Positions 21,677 through 30,347 of a DNA stretch of 30,347 nucleotides are shown in pieces. The first letter of the stretch is position 1. The number at the start of each line of letters is the position of its first letter. The DNA comes from Macrostomum lignano (Eukaryota), in the NCBI GenBank assembly GCA_002269645.1, contig NIVC01002021.1:1-30347 (forward strand). Reading direction: 5' to 3'. The position numbers were made by a program, and so were the translations under genes. The notes under the pieces were generated by a model that made no database searches, was not told where the DNA came from, and saw nothing but the letters and a program-made list of their open reading frames with translations.

Positions 21677-21990
21677 AATGTCTACTTAAAGCATCTCAAT
21701 AAACAGCTAGTTGAACACTTAACTAAATATAAGGAAATCAAAGTAATATTTGACACGATAGTGTCTACAACTTGGGTGTTAACAATATTTCTTTATTAGC
21801 AACAAAACTACCAGCAAGATTGCATTGCCAACAAGTTCGAAGCTACTTGATGTTAACTTAAAGAGCAGCATCAAAATGGCCCTGTAATAGAAACCGCATT
21901 TCAAACTAGCAAAAGATCGCAGCGCTAAGATTTTAGCTACTATCGAAATTATGGTACTTTTTGATGTACTCTAGAAAGTTGAAGAGCTTT

Positions 21991-22366
21991 AGATGTGGGG
22001 AGTAGAACTTAGAACCTGAGAAGTAGAACTCAGGATTTGAGGAGTAGAACTCAGGATCTGGGGAGTAGAACTCAGGATCTGGGGAGTAGAACTCAGGATC
22101 TGAGGAGTAGAACTCAGGATCTGAGGAGTAGAACTCAGGATCTGAGGAGTAGAACTCAGGATCTGGGGAGTATAACTCAGGATCTAGGGAGTAGAACTCA
22201 GGATCTGGGGAGTAGAACTCAGGATCTGGGGAGTAGAACTCAGGATCTAGGGAGTAGAACTCAGGATCTGGGGAGTAGAACTCAGGATCTAGGGAGTAGA
22301 ACTCAGGATCTGGGGAGTAGAACTCAGGATCTAGGGAGTAGAACTCAGGATCTGGGGAGTAGAATT
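21991..22366. repeat. Minisatellite, 21 bp unit GGGGAGTAGAACTCAGGATCT, about 18 copies
   Basis: Directly visible; starts about 90 bp past the MRPL47 stop. Explains ORFs 21933-22400 and 22037-22378. Confidence 0.96.
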
Positions 22367-22455
22367 CATGACCAATAAACCATAGAACAATGAAACACAA
22401 ATGGATTAATAAAAATGCTAATTAGGACACTCAGATTGTAATAGTAATAAAAAAT

Positions 22456-22806
22456 CTAATTATAGTTATCCTCTTTGAACAGCATATCCTGATAGGCGGC
22501 CTCATTCTCGGCTAATCTCGCCTCGCGTTCCTCGTGCACCTGGCTTCGAATTTTAGTCTCTCGTTCAGCCTGAAGTAGGGCCAAATTTCTGCTTGAGAAG
22601 AATTGATCAGGCTTATCTCGATGACGAAACTCGGGATTGGCGTGACGGGGCACTGCGTACTCTCGGGTGACCTTCACTGTCGGCCTAAACAGCTGATCGA
22701 CGTCTTCCACCACTTCTGGGCCGGGCGAATGGCCGCGTTCCAGTTCGTTAACTGCGCGATTTCGCTCCTCTACTGTTAGTAGGATGTTCTCCATTGACTC
22801 TTCCAC
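22456..22806 (-). CDS. MRPL47: Mitochondrial ribosomal protein L47 (uL29m), exon 2
   Basis: Acceptor CCCAG|GTG at 22807/22806, phase 0. The splice gives PERLEK|VEESMENILLTVEERNRA, continuing the MRP-L47 motif. Confidence 0.9.
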   Translation of the reverse strand: MEESMENILLTVEERNRAVNELERGHSPGPEVVEDVDQLFRPTVKVTREYAVPRHANPEFRHRDKPDQFFSSRNLALLQAERETKIRSQVHEEREARLAENEAAYQDMLFKEDNYN

Positions 22807-22892
22807 CTGGGTGAGTTTGGGTGACCGGGTGAAAATATAGTAATTTTTGCATTGTAACTTCCTATTAAGGGAGTTAGAGTTACAGCAGACGC

Positions 22893-25800
22893 TTCAATGA
22901 AGAATCCAGGACACCCTCAATGAAGAATCCAGGACACCCTCAATGAAGAATCCAGGACACCCTCAATGAAGAATCCAGGACACCCTCAATGAAGAATCCA
23001 GGACACCCTCAATGAAGAATCCAGGACACCCTCAATGAAGAATCCAGGACACCCTCAATGAAGAATCCAGGACACCCTCAATGAAGAATCCAGGACACCA
23101 TACAGAAGAATCCAGGACACCCTCAATGAAGAATCCAGGACACCCTCAATGAAGAATCCAGGACACCCTCAATGAAGAATCCAGGACACCCTCAATGAAG
23201 AATCCAGGACACCCTCAATGAAGAATCCAGGACACCCTCAATGAAGAATCCAGGACACCCTCAATGAAGAATCCAGGACACCCTCAATGAAGAATCCAGG
23301 ACACCCTCAATGAAGAATCCAGGACACCCTCAATGAAGAATCCAGGACACCCTCAATGAAGAATCCAGGACACCCTCAATGAAGAATCCAGGACACCCTC
23401 AATGAAGAATCCAGGACACCCTCAATGAAGAATCCAGGACACCCTCAATGAAGAATCCAGGACACCCTCAATGAAGAATCCAGGACACCCTCAATGAAGA
23501 ATCCAGGACACCCTCAATGAAGAATCCAGGACACCCTCAATGAAGAATCCAGGACACCCTCAATGAAGAATCCAGGACACCCTCAATGAAGAATCCAGGA
23601 CACCCTCAATGAAGAATCCAGGACACCCTCAATGAAGAATCCAGGACACCCTCAATGAAGAATCCAGGACACCCTCAATGAAGAATCCAGGACACCCTCA
23701 ATGAATAATCCAGGACACCCTCAATGAAGAATCCAGGACACCCTCAATGAAGAATCCAGGACACCCTCAATGAAGAATCCAGGACACCCTCAATGAAGAA
23801 TCCAGGACACCCTCAATGAAGAATCCAGGACACCCTCAATGAAGAATCCAGGACACCCTCAATGAAGAATCCAGGACACCCTCAATGAAGAATCCAGGAC
23901 ACCCTCAATGAAGAATCCAGGACACTCTCAATGAAGAATCCAGGACACCCTCAATGAAGAATCCAGGACACCCTCAATGAAGAATCCAGGACACCCAACT
24001 GAAGAATCCAGGACACCCTCAATGAAGAATCCAGGACACTCTCAATGAAGAATCCAGGACACCCTCAATGAAGAATCCAGGACACCCTCAATGAAGAATC
24101 CAGGACACCCTCAATGAAGAATCCAGGACACCCTCAATGAAGAATCCAGGCCAGTCTCAATGAAGAATCCAGGCCAGCCTCAATGAAGAATCCAGGCCAG
24201 TCTCAATGAAGAATCCAGGCCAGTCTCAATGAAGAATCCAGGCCAGCCTCAATGAAGAATCCAGGCCACCCTCAATGAAGAATCCAGGACACCCTCAATG
24301 AAGAATCCAGGACACCCTCAATGAAGAATCCAGGACACCCAACTGAAGAATCCAGGACACCCAACTGAAGAATCCAGGACACCCTCAATGAAGAATCCAG
24401 GACACTCTCAATGAAGAATCCAGGACACCCTCAATGAAGAATCCAGGACACTCTCAATGAAGAATCCAGGACACCCTCAATGAAGAATCCAGGACACTCT
24501 CAATGAAGAATCCAGGACACCCTCAATGAAGAATCCAGGACACCCTCAATGAAGAATCCAGGACACCCTCAATGAAGAATCCAGGACACCATACAGAAGA
24601 ATCCAGGACACCCTCAATGAAGAATCCAGGACACCCTCAATGAAGAATCCAGGACACCCTCAATGAAGAATCCAGGACACCCTCAATGAAGAATCCAGGA
24701 CACCCTCAATGAAGAATCCAGGACACCCTCAATGAAGAATCCAGGACACCCTCAATGAAGAATCCAGGACACCCTCAATGAAGAATCCAGGACACCCTCA
24801 ATGAAGAATCCAGGACACCCTCAATGAAGAATCCAGGACACCCTCAATGAATAATCCAGGACACCCTCAATGAAGAATCCAGGACACCCTCAATGAAGAA
24901 TCCAGGACACCCTCAATGAAGAATCCAGGACACCCTCAATGAAGAATCCAGGACACCCTCAATGAAGAATCCAGGACACCCTCAATGAAGAATCCAGGAC
25001 ACCCTCAATGAAGAATCCAGGACACCCTCAATGAAGAATCCAGGACACCCTCAATGAAGAATCCAGGACACTCTCAATGAAGAATCCAGGACACCCTCAA
25101 TGAAGAATCCAGGACACCCTCAATGAAGAATCCAGGACACCCAACTGAAGAATCCAGGACACCCTCAATGAAGAATCCAGGACACTCTCAATGAAGAATC
25201 CAGGACACCCTCAATGAAGAATCCAGGACACCCTCAATGAAGAATCCAGGACACCCTCAATGAAGAATCCAGGACACCCTCAATGAAGAATCCAGGACAC
25301 CCTCAATGAAGAATCCAGGCCAGTCTCAATGAAGAATCCAGGCCAGCCTCAATGAAGAATCCAGGCCAGTCTCAATGAAGAATCCAGGCCAGTCTCAATG
25401 AAGAATCCAGGCCAGCCTCAATGAAGAATCCAGGCCACCCTCAATGAAGAATCCAGGACACCCTCAATGAAGAATCCAGGACACCCTCAATGAAGAATCC
25501 AGGACACCCAACTGAAGAATCCAGGACACCCAACTGAAGAATCCAGGACACCCTCAATGAAGAATCCAGGACACTCTCAATGAAGAATCCAGGACACCCT
25601 CAATGAAGAATCCAGGACACTCTCAATGAAGAATCCAGGACACCCTCAATGAAGAATCCAGGACACTCTCAATGAAGAATCCAGGACACCCTCAATGAAG
25701 AATCCAGGACACCCTCAATGAAGAATCCAGGACACCCTCAATGAAGAATCCAGGACACCATACAGAAGAATCCAGGACACCCTCAATGAAGAATCCAGGA

Positions 25801-26035
25801 CACCCTCAATGAAGAATCCAGGACACCCTCAATGAAGAATCCAGGACACCCTCAATGAAGAATCCAGGACACCCTCAATGAAGAATCCAGGACACCCTCA
25901 ATGAAGAATCCAGGACACCCTCAATGAAGAATCCAGGACACCCTCAATGAAGAATCCAGGACACCCTACTAAAGAATCCAGGACATTAGAGAATTCATAC
26001 TGAAGAATCCAGGACATTGGAGAATCCAGGGCACC
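22893..26035. repeat. Minisatellite, 23 bp unit TCAATGAAGAATCCAGGACACCC, about 136 copies, filling the MRPL47 intron
   Basis: Directly visible; a diagnostic variant series repeats with offsets of 1146-1169 bp. Confidence 0.98.
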
Positions 26036-26111
26036 TTACTGAAAAACCACCCACACTGACAAAAGATTAAAGGCCAACAAGAATCAGATGAAGTTAGCAT
26101 CAAAACCACAC

Positions 26112-26408
26112 CTTTTCCAGCCGCTCAGGATTGGGAAAAGCTTCTCCACACCTGTAGTGCTCTTCCTCCAGCGTCATCAAAGCGTTACGCTCTTTAATTA
26201 ACAGCCACCAGAGTTTGTGCAAATCGGTTGAACTTTTCAATCGAAGCTCCTCAATTCGATAAGGCCGGCCAACCAGTATAGCACTGACACCCCAGTCCTG
26301 ACTGTTACCAAAGAAGTCCATTAGAGACAGCTGACGAATTGGTTGTCGTTGACAAATTGAAGCACCAACTGTCAACTGCCGAGCTAAGCATAGTGCTAAT
26401 CTTTGCAT
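26112..26408 (-). CDS. MRPL47: Mitochondrial ribosomal protein L47 (uL29m), exon 1 (99 codons; 215 aa in total)
   Basis: Basic presequence-like N-terminus, then LMDFF...GRPYRIEELRLKSSTDLHKLWWLLIKERNALMTLEEE...PNPERLEK. Donor AAG|GTGTGG at 26112/26111. Confidence 0.93.
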
Positions 26409-26599
26409 GTTTTAATAATTAACCAACTGTAGAAATTACACAGAGCTCATGCAATTTCGTTAAGATTAACCAATTAAATAATTGATTTCACATACAATTT
26501 AAATTGAAAAAAATTATTGCTATTTTTATATTTTCACAAGTTGTTTCCAAAGTGGGAAAATTCAATTATTGCTTTAATTTGCACGCAGTTGCTGTAAAG

Positions 26600-26857
26600 A
26601 TGCCTGGAAGCCCGTCAAAGTTACAAACCAAAGGAGGTAGTAATGACAGTTGCATGGACAAGCTGATAAAATCAGCACTGCTGGTATTACATCCAAATTG
26701 GTACAGCCAACACAATAGCAGACAAGTACACATGATGCAATACCCAGGGACACCTTTCAAGATATTGACCTTTCAAGAGGTTGAAATCAAAGAACTCAAT
26801 GAAAGTGCAAAGTGCAAACTTTCAAATAAGGATGGATCGATTTACACTGTGCCGTGA
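26600..26857 (+). CDS. Hypothetical 85 aa ORF or exon divergent from MRPL47
   Basis: Acceptor-like TTTGCACGCAG 11 nt before ATG 26600; open to TGA 26857; no recognisable domain. Confidence 0.18.
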   Translation: MPGSPSKLQTKGGSNDSCMDKLIKSALLVLHPNWYSQHNSRQVHMMQYPGTPFKILTFQEVEIKELNESAKCKLSNKDGSIYTVP

Positions 26858-29800
26858 ACTCAATGGCTGGCAGCAGGACAAAATAAAGAACAAGCTTAGC
26901 AACAAGTTTGTACATATGATGCACTAGCAGACTGACTATTTATATTTTTATGTATCAACCACTTCATTACCATCAATGTTTTATTCAATAAAATTTTAAT
27001 TGAATTATTATCATTTCTATTTTGGGTTTTAGTTAGATTATACAGCTTCTTGACAAACAACCTTTGACCTGGTCAAAACTGTCTAGCAACACCTATTTTG
27101 ATTGCATTGGAGTGTACATCATGTATAAACATTGGCACTACAAAGATCTGGAGCTATGCCAATTATGCCACTCATTTGCTGCCACAAATATTCCAATATA
27201 TGCAGCAGAGATAGCTATCACTAAGGAAAAGGCTAAGGCAGATATCCATTCAAGGTTGGAGCACTTATAGTTACTAGCCTTTTATGGCATCTGGCATTAG
27301 ATCAACCTCAACCTGCCATACTGCCAGAAAGGATGCCAGAACCTACTGCCACTTTAATACCCGATGCTATCTCAGCTGTCACTGCTTTAATATCTTATGA
27401 TATATGCTTGATTAAGAAAAGGTTAAACTTTTTAATCAACATTGTCTTTTTTTTCATTATTTTTGATTGATCAAATTCACAAAACCGGGCTGTACTCTCA
27501 CTAAATTGTAACATCAGGTTGGATAAAGGCAAATCTAGGCAATGCTATAGTTTTTGTAAGCCAGATATTTTATTTGTCATTTTTTGGTGCAAATATTTGA
27601 TAAGATATAATCTGTTTGTATACTGATTTTTTTTTGGAAGTTATATACTTATATGCTTATTGAATTCTAGTAGAATTATTACAATATATTGACCACTAAT
27701 CAAGAGCAAGACATTAAATAAGCAAAGCTACTTTTAGGAATCCAGATATTAATGTGGTAAAATACACATTTTATTTAACCATTACTCTTAAGCCTATAAT
27801 CTACAAGGTACGCTTGTAAATAGTTAAAAATATTAACCTGTATTTCCAGGGTATTTTGCTAGTGAATGGTTACTGGATGCAAAGATACTATTGGCTGTTT
27901 GTTTCTACTCTCTCTTTAGCAATATTTTATCAAAAAGGGTGCCAGATGTAAGTCTGACTGTTAGCATTGAAATGTGGATAACAGTTGGTTTATTCTGCAT
28001 AACTTGATTAAAACAATTCCCTCTCTAAGGTAATACCACATTATGCATTTATCAAAGTGCAAAGAGAAGGTGCCAGAGGTGCCAGAGGAGGCACCTAGTG
28101 GAGGCATTGGCAATTACCAAAAAGCAAGCTAGACACTGCTGGACATGGGTACAAAGTGGGAGAGATTAAGGGAAACTGTGGTGCCTAGCTGGAGCTAGCC
28201 CAATTGCTGTGCCAGTTGGCTTGGAATGCTGGTAATGCCTGGCCCTGGGCCAGTGCCATGTTACATGACACTGACTGGCAGAAACTGCAAGAAACAAGTC
28301 TGTCTCTTCTCATGTACCACATGTACCCCTGCATATGCACCACTCTCTACACCTGCAGCATAGTCAGTGCAAACCAGAAGCAATCAATGCAACCCTAATT
28401 TGATATTTTAGATTTTTATGTATGCTACTACTATGCTTTGGATTATAATTATAATACACAGGTCTTTGTCAAGAACTTTACTAAGCATTGCTGCATGAAA
28501 TAAAGTTACCACAAAAATAATAAGTAGCAGTGCAGTTGATGGCCATCCTTGATTGCAACAAACAGCTTTTTAAAGTGCACTGGCCTTAAAAGAGATAGGA
28601 GAGTGACATTCAATTTAAGACCTCTAATGGATATTTTAACAAATATTTTAGCAAAGAGCAGGTAGAAATCAAGGAAATTTTATAACAATATATAGATACA
28701 GAAGTAGCCTATAAGGCATTTTTAGAGTTCCTGATTATAGATTCAACATATTGATTGAATTTAAACATGCCTCTGTATCTCTTGGTAATAAATAAGTGTT
28801 GGTTGTTAACAAAGATGATTATAATGGACAAAGACTATAAAGAGCAATTCATTTTCAAGGGCATATAAATGCCAGCCTACAAGTATCCCTAGGCCTATTT
28901 CATATGCTTTCCACATTTTGAAAGAAACCATATTAGAAAGCATTGCTATATTGGATAGTCTATATGCCCTAGAATATATAGTAGACAACTTGGAGTATAG
29001 CATGCAATTGAATTAGCTGCAACAACCTTCAAGTAAAAAGTTCGTAACATATTTTGATAAGAATTAGTTACTAGGTTATTTGGCTTAAGGAGAAATATTA
29101 TTATAATCAAATCAATTAAACAAATCAAGTTTAAAGTCTAATTAGTAAGTGAAAACTATTATATAAAAGAATTTTAACTTTTTGCTTTTTATTTAAAGTC
29201 TTCTAAAGATTATATCAATAAGAATTTTATAAGACTGCATAAAGGTCTATGAAGAGGCAAGTATAATTTTTTATCTATGATACCTTTAACACTAAAGATT
29301 AGAATTAAAATTGCATACAAATGACACTAAAGATTGTTATATCAAATGCATTCAACTATTTATTTATTTTATAGGAACTAGGCCTATTCTAATTCTAGTT
29401 GTAGTTCTTATTCCAAAAGGCAATTAGCCCAGATATTATACATTTGCAACCTCTAATAGTCTATAATTATGCTAAGTGAATAATAAAGGCTATATTTGCT
29501 TTTTGCTTAGCCAAAAAACATTTAATTCATTGTCAAATTTTATAAAAAAGTAAAAAAATTAAATTTTGACAAAAGTTATCAGTTTTGCTATTTAGGCTTA
29601 CCTAGGTCTAAGCATAGGCCTACCACAATTTATAGGGTTCTGCTGATAGCTAGATAAGCTAGCAATTATATATTATAGTAAATACAACTTTGCAAAATGC
29701 CATAGGCCATGCAAAAGGTCATTTAGCTTCCATTGAGACCTCTATGAATTATATAAAAATTGTCATTTTTATTTTGGTATTGTCTTTTTTGCTAAAAAAC

Positions 29801-30099
29801 ATTTAATTTATCTTCTTGTTTAAGAAAAAAAACAAAAAATAAAATATACAATTATAAGAGTAAACTAAGATCTATTAACAACATAACTTTTTATAATGCA
29901 TGCTTTCCATGTTAATGCTCTCAGAAAAAAGAAAAATGTTTTCACTAAAAAATGCAGAAAAGAGGTCTTTGCATTTCTGGCCTAAAACAGTTGGATGATC
30001 CAAAAGTTTCTAGAATTTTGTCAGATCAAACATTAAATTTTTTGTCTATGAAAAAGCTTAAAAGTAGCAACTATCTACTATGCTGTTGGCTAATCTAAT

Positions 30100-30347
30100 A
30101 ATCACTTTTTAGCTTTGTATTGCTCAGTTTCCCAGATGGTCTAATTAAGCTAGCAAATGCATTCAATTGAACTGCTAAGAACTGAATGGCAAGCAATTTT
30201 GCCTAGCCACTTCTGTATAAGATGCAAGACAGTCAAGGCCCAATGCAAGCTATCATAGCTAATGGGCCCATAAGCACCCCCCCCTAAGTCATTGGTATAT
30301 AAGTAGTTCTTGTACTTTGCTAAGAAAAAGTATAAGTTGCAGGACAA
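30100..30347 (-). mobile_element. Possible heavily decayed hAT transposase C-terminal (dimerisation-like) fragment
   Basis: LGKIACHSVLSSSIECIC resembles L.K.A...P.SS..ERIFS if TGC derives from CGC by CpG decay. Weak. Confidence 0.22.

Noticed and set aside
1853-22400. Dozens of periodic ORFs (MCPVIGLQCVQ..., ALGFSEVS, GQPPRSSVAG..., LALYTLHWHST..., DPEFYSP)
   Set aside because: They are translations of tandem arrays, open in several frames and on both strands, with frequent frame-breaking unit variants.
22893-26035. CRISPR-like regular repeats (this and the other arrays)
   Set aside because: Units are head-to-tail with no unique spacers, there are no cas genes, and the context is eukaryotic.
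27064-29128. Short ORFs in the CpG desert (27064, 28204, 28806, 28946)
   Set aside because: About 60-70 aa, no motifs, expected by chance.

Overview
Eukaryotic, invertebrate-like genomic DNA, not prokaryotic. The GC-rich coding exons among 18-51 bp minisatellites resemble the flatworm Macrostomum, but this is inference and unverified. About a third of the window is tandem repeat: ten arrays, at least three related pairs. Most ORFs in the supplied track are artefacts of these arrays. Supported genes: (+) two paralogous single-exon genes encoding signal peptide + C-type-lectin-like domain + PAN/apple domain (4155-4859 intact; 12038-12738 with a 4-bp frameshift); (-) MRPL47 (two exons, 3.3 kb intron that is about 95% satellite), RPL36 (TCT/TOP-type start, probable 5'UTR intron) and a two-exon extended-Tudor-domain gene. 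Mobile DNA: a decayed Crypton-type tyrosine recombinase, a complete hAT MITE with TIR and TSD, a tRNA-derived SINE (two copies, one interrupted by a second MITE) and a solo hAT end. The strongest leads are a hypervariable patch confined to the predicted ligand-binding part of the lectin paralogues, whose flanking coding sequence and promoter modules are nearly identical, and an abrupt 3.5 kb CpG desert at the right end. All alignments, counts and family calls were made by eye without database searches.
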